A stretch of DNA of 64,000 nt from an uncultured Gemmatimonadales bacterium (GTDB lineage Bacteria; Gemmatimonadota; Gemmatimonadetes; Gemmatimonadales; GWC2-71-9). The stretch spans positions 672,001 through 736,000 of the forward strand of contig CAVSLV010000001.1 of the NCBI GenBank assembly GCA_963728915.1. Direction: 5' to 3'. Below the pieces are notes generated by a model. It was not told where the DNA came from and ran no database searches. It was given only the letters and a program-made list of their open reading frames with translations. Shown piece by piece: positions 8,587-19,479 of this stretch. Both the position numbers and the translations under genes were made by a program. The stretch's first letter is position 1, and each line of letters starts with the position of its first letter.

Positions 8587-11261
8587 GTGCCGACGAACTC
8601 CGGCCTGGGGTTCGGCGCGCGGCCGGTCTCCCGATTCACCGGCCGGACCAGGCGAGTGCCGACGCCGACGCCGAGCTGGATTCGGTCCTGTCCGAGCAGA
8701 TCGAATATTTGAAGGGGCGCGGGCGGGAGGACGCGGAGGCCGGCACCGAAGCACTGCGGGCGGCCCGGGGAACCCTCCGTGGCTCGGCGGTACGGCGAGA
8801 GCGCCGGCTCAAGCTGCACGACGCGGTGCTGGACTGGGTCGGCGATCTGCGCCACGCGTTTCGATCCCTGCGGCGGGCGCCCGGTCTGACGATCGCCGCG
8901 GTGCTGACGCTCGCCCTCGCCATCGGGGCCAACACGGCCATCTTCTCGGCGGTCAGCGCCGTCCTCCTCAGGCCATTGCCGTTTCGGGACCCCGGTCAGT
9001 TGGTCATGCTGTGGGAAAAAAATCCGGACTTCGGCTGGGATCATGCCGATGCGGCCCCGGCGAACTACCTCGACTGGAAAGAACAGGCTGGCGTCTTCGC
9101 GGATGCGGGAGCCTATCCGACATTCAGCGGGACGGCGGCCCTGGTCGGCTACGGCGATCCTCAGATTCTTCGCTCCCAGCAGTCCACCGGAAATCTGTTC
9201 ACGGTTCTCGGAGTCCGGGCCGTGCTGGGCCGGGTGTTCGAAGATCGGGAGACGTGGTCGAATGGTGGGCCATCGACGGTCCTGCTGGAATATCACACCT
9301 GGCGCGATGTCTTTGCTTCGGATCACTCGATCATCGGCAGGACCATCGACCTCGGCGGTGCTCCGGTGGAAGTCGTCGGGGTGCTTCCAGCGAGCTTCCG
9401 CTTGCCCGGGGTGAACGTGGACGTCTGGCGACCCATTGGCTGGTCGCCCGCGAACCGGTCCCGTGCTTTCTTCCGGCGGGCGCACTGGCTCCGGGTCGTG
9501 GCCCGGCTCAATCCCGGGGTTACCGAGGCCCGGGCAGACGCGGCCCTTCAGTCCGTCGTGAAACGGCTCGAGCAGGAATACCCGGAGACCAATACGCGAA
9601 TGGGCGCGGGGCTCTCACCCCTCCATGACTTTCTGGTAGGGGGAACCCGGTTGCCACTCCTGGTCATGCTGGGAGCGGTGGGTCTGGTCCTGCTGATCGC
9701 CTGCGCCAACATCGGGAACCTGCTTCTGGTCCGGGCGGCGGGGCGGGCGCGGGAAACCAGTCTCCGGGTGGCGCTCGGCGCGGGGCGGGGCCGCCTGCTG
9801 CGTCACACCCTCGCCGAGACCGCGCTCCTCGCGCTGATGGGCGGGCTCGCCGGGTTAGGTCTGGGCTGGGGAGGGATCAAGGTTCTGGCGGCGCTCCAGC
9901 CGGCCGGGATGCTTCCGGTCACCGAGGTCGGGATCACCTGGCCGGTGCTGGGGTTCGCAGCCCTTGCCACGGTTCTTGCCGCGCTCCTGTTCGGGCTGGC
10001 CCCGACCCTGTGGAGCCTGCGCCGCCACCCCGCCGATGTGCTCAGAGAGGAGAGTCGCACCTCGACGGGCAGCCGTTCGGCTCGGCGCTGGGGGGATAGC
10101 CTGCTGGTATTTCAGGTGGCGATCGCCCTGGCCCTGACGCTCGGGGCCGGACTACTGACCCGCAGCTATCTGCGGTTGCAGGGGGTGGATCCCGGGTTTG
10201 ACTATCGCCAGGTGCTGGCGGTGGAGCTGGTTCTTCCGGGAACCCGGTATGATAGCGTCCGGAAGGTCCTGTCCTTCTACCGGGAGCTCGAGCAGGAAGC
10301 GAGGTCGCTGCCCGGCGTCGAGGCTGCCGCGCTGGTATCCGGAGTGCCGCTCGGTCCTCCGACCTGGACCAGTCAGTTCTCCGTGGCCGGTCGGCCGCCG
10401 CAGGCCAAAACCTCCCAGGTGCAGCATCGGGAAATCTCGCCGGGATACCAGGCTGTGATGGGGATCGCCCTGCTTCGGGGACGACTGCTTCAACCTTCGG
10501 ACGATGCGGACAGCCCGCGTGCCGTTCTGATCAATGCCGCGTTTGCCCGAGTGTTCTTCCCGGGAGAAGACCCGATTGGCCTCCGGATTTCGTTCGACCG
10601 CGAACCCGATTCCACGTCCACCTGGCGCACCATTGTGGGGGTTGTGGCCGACGTGCACCAGAGGTCTCTCAGCGAAGACGTGATCCCTGAGGTTCTGGCC
10701 CCCCTTCCTCAGGAACTTCGGAGCGGGATGACGCTGGTGCTCCGCACCTCCCGGGCGCCGGGCGCGGTGGGCCCCTCGGTGCGCCGACTGATAGCGAAGC
10801 TCGATCCCCTGCTGGCGGTCAGTGACATGCGGACCATGTCGGAGGTGCGTTCCGCTTCGCTCGCCAAGGAGCGCTTCCTGATGGTCCTGATCGGATCGTT
10901 TGCGGCGGTGGGGCTGGTGCTGGGGCTGATCGGAACCTATGGGGTCATGGCGCAAATCTCCCGGCATCGACTCCGCGAAATGGGCATCCGGATCGCGCTG
11001 GGAGCCCGGGCCGCCCAGGTCCAATGGCTGGTGGTGCGGCGCGGCGTTCTGCTCGCCCTGCTCGGCAGCATTGCCGGCATTGTAGCGGCGCTCAGCTCCG
11101 GCGGGGTCATCCAGAGCCTTCTTTACGGAGTCCGATCGGGCGATCTTCTGACGTTCCTGTTGCTCCCTCTCCTGGTTCTGCTGATCGCGGCCCTGGCGTC
11201 GTGGCTTCCCGCGGCGCGCGCGAGCCGGGCTGATCCCACCCAGGTGCTTCGCTCCGACTAG
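8583..11261 (+). CDS. ABC transporter permease, duplicated MacB-PCD/FtsX (ADOP-type orphan permease)
   Basis: [48 protein letters not shown]. No ATPase gene adjacent. Confidence 0.92.
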   Translation: MSADELRPGVRRAAGLPIHRPDQASADADAELDSVLSEQIEYLKGRGREDAEAGTEALRAARGTLRGSAVRRERRLKLHDAVLDWVGDLRHAFRSLRRAPGLTIAAVLTLALAIGANTAIFSAVSAVLLRPLPFRDPGQLVMLWEKNPDFGWDHADAAPANYLDWKEQAGVFADAGAYPTFSGTAALVGYGDPQILRSQQSTGNLFTVLGVRAVLGRVFEDRETWSNGGPSTVLLEYHTWRDVFASDHSIIGRTIDLGGAPVEVVGVLPASFRLPGVNVDVWRPIGWSPANRSRAFFRRAHWLRVVARLNPGVTEARADAALQSVVKRLEQEYPETNTRMGAGLSPLHDFLVGGTRLPLLVMLGAVGLVLLIACANIGNLLLVRAAGRARETSLRVALGAGRGRLLRHTLAETALLALMGGLAGLGLGWGGIKVLAALQPAGMLPVTEVGITWPVLGFAALATVLAALLFGLAPTLWSLRRHPADVLREESRTSTGSRSARRWGDSLLVFQVAIALALTLGAGLLTRSYLRLQGVDPGFDYRQVLAVELVLPGTRYDSVRKVLSFYRELEQEARSLPGVEAAALVSGVPLGPPTWTSQFSVAGRPPQAKTSQVQHREISPGYQAVMGIALLRGRLLQPSDDADSPRAVLINAAFARVFFPGEDPIGLRISFDREPDSTSTWRTIVGVVADVHQRSLSEDVIPEVLAPLPQELRSGMTLVLRTSRAPGAVGPSVRRLIAKLDPLLAVSDMRTMSEVRSASLAKERFLMVLIGSFAAVGLVLGLIGTYGVMAQISRHRLREMGIRIALGARAAQVQWLVVRRGVLLALLGSIAGIVAALSSGGVIQSLLYGVRSGDLLTFLLLPLLVLLIAALASWLPAARASRADPTQVLRSD

Positions 11262-11320
11262 GTTGACAGATCCACCCTGGTGGCCTAACCCTTCGATTCC
11301 CAACGCACCGGAGGCCGCCC

Positions 11321-12244
11321 ATGCAGACCCTCTCCTGGCGGCGCATCCTCGGCGTTCCCGTGTCGATGATGCTCGTCGCCTGCGCGCACAGCCCTTCTCC
11401 CCACCTGGTTGAAGTCACCGCGAACGGACTCCAGTTCCAGGGGCCCGACACTGCGTCGGCGGGTTGGACCACGATCCGTTTTCACAATCAGTCCCCGGTC
11501 ACTCACTTCGTCCTGGTCGAGCGGATGCCCGATGGGATCGGTCTCAGACAGCAGCAGGACCAGGTTGCCCCGGTGTTCCAGGAGGGAATGAACCTGCTCA
11601 ACGCGGGAAAGAACGATGAGGCGATGGCCGCCTTCGGGAAATTGCCCGGCTGGTTCGCCAAGGTCGTCTTTATGGGGGGCCCCGGGTTAACCGCGCCCGG
11701 GCGAACCAGTGAAACATCGGTATTCCTCGAGGCCGGAACCTACCTGCTCGAGTGCTACGTGAAGACCGGCGGGCGCTTTCACTCCTACAATCCCGATCCG
11801 CAGACCGACGGAATGGTCCATCAGCTCGAGGTCGTCCCGGGCACGGATCCCGGTCCGAGGCCGCGAGCGGACGTTCGAGTGTCCCTCTCCAGCGAAGGAG
11901 GAATTGCGGTCCAGGGGCAGCTCCATCCCGGTCCCCAGACGGTGGAAGTGCGATTCGACGATCAGAAGGTGTACGGGAACTTCGTCGGGCACGACGTTCA
12001 CCTGGCCCGGCTCACCGATACCACCGATCTCTCCGACCTGAACCAATGGATGAACTGGATGGATACGGGCGGTCTCGAAACGCCGGCCCCGGCCGAGTTT
12101 CTGGGAGGCGCGAATGACATGCCGGAGGGCAGTTCCGAATTCATGCAGGTAACGATCGAACCGGGCCGCTATGCCTGGATCAGCGAAGTGCCCGACCCGA
12201 GGGACAAGGGCCTGCTTCGAGTCTTCGCGGTGCCGGGCTCCTGA
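11321..12244 (+). CDS. Hypothetical lipoprotein with two cupredoxin-like repeats
   Basis: Lipobox LVAC. Repeated pattern HxV...GGPG/GGAN...LEAGTYLLEC / IEPGRYAWIS. Confidence 0.55.
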   Translation: MQTLSWRRILGVPVSMMLVACAHSPSPHLVEVTANGLQFQGPDTASAGWTTIRFHNQSPVTHFVLVERMPDGIGLRQQQDQVAPVFQEGMNLLNAGKNDEAMAAFGKLPGWFAKVVFMGGPGLTAPGRTSETSVFLEAGTYLLECYVKTGGRFHSYNPDPQTDGMVHQLEVVPGTDPGPRPRADVRVSLSSEGGIAVQGQLHPGPQTVEVRFDDQKVYGNFVGHDVHLARLTDTTDLSDLNQWMNWMDTGGLETPAPAEFLGGANDMPEGSSEFMQVTIEPGRYAWISEVPDPRDKGLLRVFAVPGS

Positions 12245-12248
12245 TCCG

Positions 12249-13373
12249 CTAGGATTTCGGGTCCCGGTCGGGACGGTCCCCCAGCCAGCCTCGGTGGTGG
12301 AAGTAGAGCAGCATCCCGACCCCGATGGCGAGCATCAGGCCCAGCACGGCCGGATAGGCCCAGCGATAGTGGAGCTCGGGCAGGTACTGGAAGTTCATTC
12401 CGTACACGCCCGCCAGAAAAGTGAGGGGAATGAAAATGCTCGCCATGATGGTGAGCACCTTCATCACCTCGTTGGTTCGCTGGCTCAATCCGGAGAGATA
12501 GATCTCCATCAGATTCCCCGCCAGCTCGCGGTAGGTTTCGATCACGTCGACGATCTGGACCGCGTGATCGTGGCAGTCCCGGAGGTACTCCCGGACCGGT
12601 GGAGTGACCACGGCATTGTCTTCCCGCATCAGGTGCGCCACCGCTTCGCGCTGGGGCCAGACCGCGCGTCGCAGCGCCAGCAATTGGCGGCGGAGCACGT
12701 GGATCTGCTGGAGGGTCGACCGGGAGGGCTGGGAGAGGATTGCCTCTTCCAGGTCGTGCAGATGCTCGCCGATCGTCTCAACCACCGGATAGTATCCGTC
12801 GAGGACCGCGTCGATCAGGGCATAGGCGAGGTAGTCCGGTCCGGAGCGACGAATCGGGCCCTTGTTGGCGCGCAGGCGCTTCCGGATCGGGTCGAACACA
12901 TCGCCGTAGTGTTCCTGCAGGGTGAGGACATACCCCGGCCCCATGAAAATGCTGACCTGCTCGATGTCGAGCGAGACCTGGGCATCGCTCCGGACCATGC
13001 GGGAAATGAAGAGCTGGTGCGCGTCGTAGGCTTCGTACTTGGGCCGCTGGGGAATATTGACCGCGTCCTCCAGGGCCAGGGGATGGATCTGGAACAATTC
13101 GCTCAGGCGGCTCAGCACCGCCGCGTCGCCCAGGCCCTGGACGTCGATCCAGGTCATCGGAGCCCGGAGGAGACCGGGCGAGAGCTCGGCGGCCGGGACA
13201 TCCGGGAGCTCCTCGAGGATATCCGTCCCATACCGCACCACCGAGATTCGGCAGGGCAGGATCTCCTCCGAGGGAACCAGCGTGCCCGGGCGGGCGCCGA
13301 CCTCGGGCCGTCGCTTCCGGAAAAAGATGAGACGGGATGCCCCGCCCAGGAGCTGAAAGCCGCGCCGCTTCAT
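12249..13373 (-). CDS. corA: Magnesium/cobalt transporter CorA
   Basis: WIDVQGL, IHPLALED, NEVMKVLT, YGMNF signature followed by LPEL, two C-terminal TM helices. Confidence 0.95.
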   Translation of the reverse strand: MKRRGFQLLGGASRLIFFRKRRPEVGARPGTLVPSEEILPCRISVVRYGTDILEELPDVPAAELSPGLLRAPMTWIDVQGLGDAAVLSRLSELFQIHPLALEDAVNIPQRPKYEAYDAHQLFISRMVRSDAQVSLDIEQVSIFMGPGYVLTLQEHYGDVFDPIRKRLRANKGPIRRSGPDYLAYALIDAVLDGYYPVVETIGEHLHDLEEAILSQPSRSTLQQIHVLRRQLLALRRAVWPQREAVAHLMREDNAVVTPPVREYLRDCHDHAVQIVDVIETYRELAGNLMEIYLSGLSQRTNEVMKVLTIMASIFIPLTFLAGVYGMNFQYLPELHYRWAYPAVLGLMLAIGVGMLLYFHHRGWLGDRPDRDPKS

Positions 13374-14251
13374 TGCCCGGTCGAGAGACGAGGAAGCCCG
13401 GCGAGCCCGTGGAGCGCCTTGTCGCGGATGTCCTCGATGAACAGTTGCAGGTGGGGGAAGGGAATCTCGATGCCCGCGTCGTCGAGCGCCACCTTGCAGG
13501 CCTCGACCATCGCGAAGGTCACCGGGCGCTCGTGTGCGGCATCGGCGATCCAGACCCGGGCCTGGAGGTCCACGCTCGATGATCCCAGCGACTTCGCCAC
13601 CACGTCGGGAGGAGGATCCTGGAGCACAAAGGGCACCCGGGCCAGGGCGGGCAGGAGCGCCCGGCGCGCCTCCGCGATCTGTTCCTTGTAGGCGATGCCG
13701 ATCGGAACGTTCACCCGGAGCTCGCCATAGAGCGAATGATTGACCAGCAGCTCCCCGATGATCTGCTTGTTGGGGATGACCGCATAGGTGTTGTCCATGG
13801 TGCGGACCCGGGTGGTTCGCATGGTGATCTCCTGCACCCGTCCATACTGGGATTGGGTGGTGATGTAATCCCCGATCTTGAAAGGCCGGTCCCAGAAGAT
13901 CAGGAATCCCGCGATCATGTTGGCAACCGTTTCCTGGGCCGCAAACCCGAGGGCGATGCCCGCCACGCCGAGCCCGGCCAGGGCCGCGGTCACGTTGAGA
14001 CCGAGCTGGCCCGCCGCGGTGATGACCGCGACGATGATCAGGATGCCCTTGTACAGGCCATCCACCAGCAGGCGCACCAGGGCGTCGGCGAAATGGGCCC
14101 GCAGCAGCACCCGATGCAGCAAGGGGCGGCTCAGGCGGAGCAATAGCCAGAAGAGCAGGAGGACGACGAGGGCGCCCAGGATGCGCGGGGCGGCGGCCAC
14201 GACCGCCGCTTCGAGACGGGCCCGGTTGAGCCAGTCGAACAGTGGGGGCAT
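13370..14251 (-). CDS. mscS: Small-conductance mechanosensitive channel MscS
   Basis: GIALGFAAQETVAN, RPFKIGD, IPNK, GIEIPFP. GGAGG RBS. ATGA overlap with corA. Confidence 0.9.
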   Translation of the reverse strand: MPPLFDWLNRARLEAAVVAAAPRILGALVVLLLFWLLLRLSRPLLHRVLLRAHFADALVRLLVDGLYKGILIIVAVITAAGQLGLNVTAALAGLGVAGIALGFAAQETVANMIAGFLIFWDRPFKIGDYITTQSQYGRVQEITMRTTRVRTMDNTYAVIPNKQIIGELLVNHSLYGELRVNVPIGIAYKEQIAEARRALLPALARVPFVLQDPPPDVVAKSLGSSSVDLQARVWIADAAHERPVTFAMVEACKVALDDAGIEIPFPHLQLFIEDIRDKALHGLAGLPRLSTGQ

Positions 14252-14329
14252 GGAAACCTCCGGGCTGGAGACACGGACTCGCCCGGGCGGACGAACCCTG
14301 ATGCCGAATCTACCCCGGGAGGACGGGCG

Positions 14330-15088
14330 CTAGGGCTGCTGTCCCAGCGCCCTCAAGCGGTTCCGCGCCGCGAAATCGGTGGAGTCTCGGCGCAGGGCGG
14401 TGCGAAAAGCCTGGATCGCGCCGGCGGTGTCCTGGCGGGCCAGCAACACCTCCCCCATCGTGGTCATCGTGGCTGCCGAGCTGGGGAACTGCTCATCGTT
14501 CAGTTGGAGGACCGCGACGGCCTCATCCAGTTTCCCGGCGCCGCGCAGGTCCTGGGCGGCGCCGATAAGCGAGGACTCCCCAAAATCGTAGGCAGCCCGT
14601 CCGTAATACCTGGCCCGGAGCTGCTGATATGCCTTGCGCGCGGAATCCGCGCCTCCCGCACTCGCCGCGTCGACGACGATGGTGCCGAGCGGGACCGGAC
14701 GGGACACGCCGCGGTGACAGGTCAGGCAGGTGACGTCGATACCGGGCGAGGGCCGCTGCGGGATGTTGGCCAGGGTCTGCTGATTGATATTCTGCACCAT
14801 CTGCATCATGAGACGCGCGGTCTGCTTGGTGCGCTTATCATCGGAGACGAAGTCGAAGGTCTGGAGGGGGCGGCCTTCCTCCCCGACGTGGCAGAACTGA
14901 CAGCGGACTCCCAGGGCGCCCGTGAAACCCCGCATGATATTGATGAGGTCGCGGGGGGTCGTGCTGGCGGGCAGGACCTTGAGGTTCTTGAGCGTGTCAG
15001 GCGGGAAACGATTCTGGGCCCGAAGGGTGCTGGGGAGTCCTGCGGTCGCCAGAACGGCGAGCGACACAGCCATGGCACGACGGAACAT
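14330..15088 (-). CDS. Secreted diheme c-type cytochrome (reaction-centre cytochrome c-like domain) with C-terminal TPR
   Basis: Signal peptide; NLKVL...MRGFTGALGVRCQFCH and VTCLTCHRG; TPR-like helices. GGAGG RBS. Confidence 0.8.
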   Translation of the reverse strand: MFRRAMAVSLAVLATAGLPSTLRAQNRFPPDTLKNLKVLPASTTPRDLINIMRGFTGALGVRCQFCHVGEEGRPLQTFDFVSDDKRTKQTARLMMQMVQNINQQTLANIPQRPSPGIDVTCLTCHRGVSRPVPLGTIVVDAASAGGADSARKAYQQLRARYYGRAAYDFGESSLIGAAQDLRGAGKLDEAVAVLQLNDEQFPSSAATMTTMGEVLLARQDTAGAIQAFRTALRRDSTDFAARNRLRALGQQP

Positions 15089-15234
15089 GAACCCTCCTGG
15101 AGGTACGGTGAGAATACCGGCCGCCATGCGAGGCCGCAAGAAGCCATCGGGGGTTCCGGTGAGCCGGGTGTCTGATGGTGGTGGTCACACCTGATGCGGA
15201 GGGATGACTCGTGGATCACCTGCGGTTGCCGTCC

Positions 15235-15633
15235 ATGCGATTGCTCGCGATCCTCCTGTTGACCGCCTGCGGAGGGGGATCCACCGTGAGTCCTCCGCCG
15301 GCTCCGCCCCCGGGGCCCCCAGCTCCCCCACCTCCGCCGCCTTCCCCGGTTTCCTCCGCGACGGTGCAGGTGCAGAGCAACAGCTTCAGTCCGGCGACTG
15401 TGGTCCTCAATGTGGGTGGGACGGTGACCTGGCAGTGGGTTGGATCGGGCCATACAGTCACTTCGGTGCTCACGCCTGGCTTCAGTGCCAACACCGGGGT
15501 TCACAATGCGGGATTCACCCTGGGCCCGATCACTTTTTCGACCCCCGGGACCTATCACTACATCTGCACCGTCCACGGAGGAGTCTCGGGAACCCAGACT
15601 ACCGGCATGGCGGGCACCATCATCGTCCAATAG
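15235..15633 (+). CDS. Plastocyanin/azurin-family blue copper lipoprotein
   Basis: Lipobox LTAC, poly-Pro linker, FSP...VTW...GHTV, YICTVH...GMAGTIIV (His/Cys/His/Met type-1 Cu ligands). Confidence 0.85.
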   Translation: MRLLAILLLTACGGGSTVSPPPAPPPGPPAPPPPPPSPVSSATVQVQSNSFSPATVVLNVGGTVTWQWVGSGHTVTSVLTPGFSANTGVHNAGFTLGPITFSTPGTYHYICTVHGGVSGTQTTGMAGTIIVQ

Positions 15634-15645
15634 CAGGCCGATTCC

Positions 15646-16608
15646 CTAGTTCCACTTGAGGCCGCGGAGCTGCTCGAGGTCGACGTTTCCTCCGCTCAGT
15701 ACCGCGGCCACTCTGGAACCGGGCGGAGTCCGGATCAGTCCCTTGAGCAGGGCGCCGACCGGCGCCGCGGCAGCCCCCTCCACTACCAGCTTGGCGTGGT
15801 GCATCACCCAGAGCATGGCGTCGAAGATTTCGGCGTCGGGCAACGTGACCACCTCGTCCACCACCTGCCGCACGATCTCGAAATTCCGCTCACCGACCCG
15901 TCGCACCCGCAGCCCGTCGATGATGCAGTCCACCCGGTCCAGCGTCACGAGTCTTCCTTCGGCCACGCTGCGCTGCATGCCGGGCGCCCCGGAGGACTCG
16001 ACCCCGATGACCCGAATGCGCGGATTCATCGCCTTGGCCGCCAGCGCAATACCCGAAATGAGGCCACCGCCCCCGATCGGGACCACGATGACATCCACCT
16101 CGGGCCAATCTTCCACGATCTCCAGGCCCACGGTCCCCTGGCCGGCGATCAGCTCGAAATCGTCGAAGGGATGGATGTAGGTGTAGCCTCGCTCGGCGAC
16201 CAGCTCCTTCGCCTTCTCGTTGGCTTCGTCCCAGATGCTTCCATGCAGCACGACCTCGGCTCCGTACCCCCGGGTCGCGGCGATCTTGGATGGAGTGGCG
16301 TTCTTCGCCATCACCACGACCGCCTTCATGCCGTGAATCCGGGCCGCGAGGGCCACTCCCTGGGCGTGATTGCCCGCGGAGGAGCAGATCACCCCGCGAG
16401 CCCGCTGCTCCGGGGTGAGGAGCGGGTACTTGTTGAGCGGGCCCCGGATCTTGTAGCTCCCGGTTCGCTGCATGAGCTCCGCCTTGAGACGGACTTCGAG
16501 CCCGGTCGCGGTGCTCAAGGTGGCGGAGGTGAGGAGGGGGGTATGGTACGCGTGGGCGCGGACCCGCTGGCGTGCCGCCTCGAGCTCCGGCCGGCCGGGA
16601 ATGGTCAT
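15646..16608 (-). CDS. Threonine/serine dehydratase (PLP-dependent, no regulatory domain)
   Basis: LKAELMQRTGSYKIRG, SAGNHAQG, HPFDD, PIGGGGLISG, LSGGN. Confidence 0.9.
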   Translation of the reverse strand: MTIPGRPELEAARQRVRAHAYHTPLLTSATLSTATGLEVRLKAELMQRTGSYKIRGPLNKYPLLTPEQRARGVICSSAGNHAQGVALAARIHGMKAVVVMAKNATPSKIAATRGYGAEVVLHGSIWDEANEKAKELVAERGYTYIHPFDDFELIAGQGTVGLEIVEDWPEVDVIVVPIGGGGLISGIALAAKAMNPRIRVIGVESSGAPGMQRSVAEGRLVTLDRVDCIIDGLRVRRVGERNFEIVRQVVDEVVTLPDAEIFDAMLWVMHHAKLVVEGAAAAPVGALLKGLIRTPPGSRVAAVLSGGNVDLEQLRGLKWN

Positions 16609-16711
16609 GCTGGAAAGTATCACCGGCCGGGTTGACGGGACGTCTCGCTGGACGATATTTGCCCGGCACGCCGAGGGACTTGCCGGCGTTCTCCTCCGTC
16701 CGAGGGATTCC

Positions 16712-18407
16712 ATGCGAAAGACAGCTTTTCTCCCTGTAGTGCTCAGCATAGCCCTGGTCGGCGCATCCGGGGACGCTCCGGCGCCCCCGTTCAGCGTGGT
16801 CGAAGCGTCCATCGCCGACATGCGCACAGCGCTGGAGCAGGGCCGGGTGACCTCGCACGAGCTGGTCCAGCAGTACCTCACCAGGATGGCGCTCTACGAG
16901 GACAAGCTGAACGGAATCATTACGGTGAACCCGAAGGCGCTGGAGATCGCGGACGAGCGCGACCGGGAGCGCCGGGAGAAGAAGATCCGGGGGCCCGCTG
17001 CATGGCATCCCGATCGCCCTCAAGGACAACATCCAGACGACCGATATGCCCACGACGGGCGGAGCGCTCGCGTTCGATGGACTGGTTCCTCCCTACGAAG
17101 CGACGCTCACCAGGAATCTGCGAGAGGCCGGCGCGATCATCATCGCGAAGACCAGCCTGACCGAGCTGGCCAACTGGGTGGCGAGCGGGATGCCCGCCAA
17201 CTACAACGGCCTGGTCGGGTATTCGATGAATCCTTACGACCCGCGGCGGGATCCCCGGGAGCAGACGTTCGACGGACGACCGGTCATGTTCACCGGCGGA
17301 TCCAGCTCCGGCGTAGGCACCAACGTGAGCTTCTGGGCGGCCAACGTGGGCACCGAGACCTCGGGCTCGATCCTGAGTCCTTCAAATCAGAACATGCTGG
17401 TGGGGATCAAGCCGACGGTGGGGCGGGTGAGCCGCTACGGCGTGATTCCCATTACCGCGGATCAGGACACCCCGGGCCCGATGGCGCGGACCGTCTCCGA
17501 CGCGGCCATCATGCTCGGCGCGCTCGAAGGGGCGCACCCGGACTCCAACGATTCGGCCACCACGAAATGCCCGCCCCCGCCGGGCCGGGACTACACCAGG
17601 TTCCTCAAGCTCGACGCGCTGAAGGGCGCCCGGATCGGCATCCCGAGGGCGGGATACTACGACACGGTGACCGTTCCGGGTGGTCGTGAGCCGCGACGCG
17701 GCTTGCCTGAGCCGATTGCGAAACTGATGGCCGACGCGATCGAAGTGCTCAAGGCCCAGGGCGCGGTCGTCGTCGATCCCGCCAATATCCCGAGCGTCCT
17801 GGCCCAGGATCCCGCCGAGAACCTCTTCCTCTGGAATACCTGCGGGGGATTGGACAACGGCAAGGGACGGGACGCCGACTGCTCGATCACCTTCAAGTAC
17901 GGGATGAAGCGCGACTTCAATGCCTGGCTCAAATCGCTGGGCAAGGCGGCGCCGGTCAAGACCCTGACCGAGCTTCGCCAGTGGAACATCGCGCATCAGC
18001 GCGCCGGGGCGATCAAATACGGCCAGGCTCTGCTCGACATCTCCGACGAGATGGACGTGCAAGCCGACCGGGGCCGCTATCGAATCGACCGGGAAAAGGA
18101 CATTCGCCTGGCCGGCACCAACGGGATCGACTCGGCGATGAAGATGCACCGGCTCGATGCGTTGCTTTTTCCCGGCGGCAATGGCGCCGGGATCGCCGCG
18201 CGGCCCGGCTACCCCACCGTGATCGTGCCCTTCGGGACGATCCCGAACGGAAATCCTCAGAGTTTTCCCGCCGGCTTCGATCCGAAGCCCCAGCCGTTCG
18301 GGGTCGCCTTCACCGGGATGGCGTGCAGCGAGCCGAAGCTGATCGCGTTGGCCTACGCGTTCGAGCAGGCGACCAGGCGCCGGGTGCCTCCGTCGCTCTT
18401 TCCCTGA
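16712..18407 (+). CDS. Secreted amidase-signature family protein (1-bp frameshift at ~16990)
   Basis: Signal peptide in one frame (MRKTAFL...). Removing one G from CGGGGGCCCG restores RGPLHGIPIALKDNI. Downstream GGSSSG and GTETSGSI motifs. Confidence 0.9.
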
Positions 18408-18414
18408 TCCTGGG

Positions 18415-19410
18415 GTGACCGGTCGGGGAATTCTTCACGTCACCAATGGGGATTCCGCCGGCGGAACCCTCCGTCAGGCCGGCATCCCGGGCACCGTTGT
18501 GGCCTGGGCGGATGTGCTGCACGAAGGGCCGGTGCCACCCGACGACGACCTGAACGGCTGGCTCGAGGTCAGGGCGCGGTTCATCGCGGGGGCAGGCTGG
18601 GAATCCGTCGAGCGGGCGCGTGCGGTCCAGCAGGAATGGGCCAGGACGCTCGGCGGGTTCGCCGATTACAACGAAGTCGTGTTCTGGTTCGAGCACGACC
18701 TGTTCGATCAGCTCCTGCTGATCCGGCATCTCGCCTGGCTCGGCCGGCAGACCCGGGGTAACACGTCCATCCGGCTCATTTGCATCGGCAGCTATCCGGG
18801 GATTCCGCGCTTCATCGGGCTCGGGCAGCTCACCCCGGAGCAGCTCGCGCCGCTCTTCGAGACCCGTCAGGATGTCACCGCAACGCAATACGAGGTGGCG
18901 CGACGGGCCTGGAGCGCCTTCACCGGGTCCGAACCCACCGGGTTGGAAGCGGTGACCTCGGGCGAGACCGCGAGCCTTCCCTTTCTCGGCTCCGCGCTGC
19001 GACGTTTTCTGGAAGAGTATCCCGACCTTCGGACCGGTTTGCCCCGGACCGAACGCCACGTGCTGGAGTGCCTGGAGGGGCAGCCTCTCTCCCCCGGAGA
19101 GCTCTTTCGCCGCTACTCCGGCCGGGAGGAGGCGCCCTTCATGGGCGACACGGTCCTGTGGGACCGGCTCGAGGCGCTGGCGAGGGATCCTAACCCGCTT
19201 GTCGCCCTGGCGGGGGAGTCGCCTCCGGCTTCCGGCCGGTTCGGCCAGGCGCGGATCACCCCCGCCGGCCGGGCCGTCCTGGCAGCGCAGGCCGACTGGC
19301 TCGACCTCCATCCGCTGGATCGATGGCTCGGAGGCGTCCATCTCCATCCCGGCGCCCCTGCCTGGCGCTGGGACCCCACCACAGCGCGTCTGGTCCGGTC
19401 AAGCCCCTGA
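18415..19410 (+). CDS. DUF1835-like protein
   Basis: LHVTNGDSA...WADVLHEGPVP...WFEHDLFDQL...FMGD...DRWLGGV. Confidence 0.75.
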   Translation: MTGRGILHVTNGDSAGGTLRQAGIPGTVVAWADVLHEGPVPPDDDLNGWLEVRARFIAGAGWESVERARAVQQEWARTLGGFADYNEVVFWFEHDLFDQLLLIRHLAWLGRQTRGNTSIRLICIGSYPGIPRFIGLGQLTPEQLAPLFETRQDVTATQYEVARRAWSAFTGSEPTGLEAVTSGETASLPFLGSALRRFLEEYPDLRTGLPRTERHVLECLEGQPLSPGELFRRYSGREEAPFMGDTVLWDRLEALARDPNPLVALAGESPPASGRFGQARITPAGRAVLAAQADWLDLHPLDRWLGGVHLHPGAPAWRWDPTTARLVRSSP

Positions 19411-19479
19411 TGTGTTGAAGGCTCGCGCCGGGCCGTCAACCCCATTGTCAGCTGTTTTCCCACCGCCCGGGAGGCCGTC

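Noticed and set aside
14330..15088. Evidence of phototrophy (PufC)
   Set aside because: Only two hemes, a TPR fusion, and no puf/bch genes in the window.
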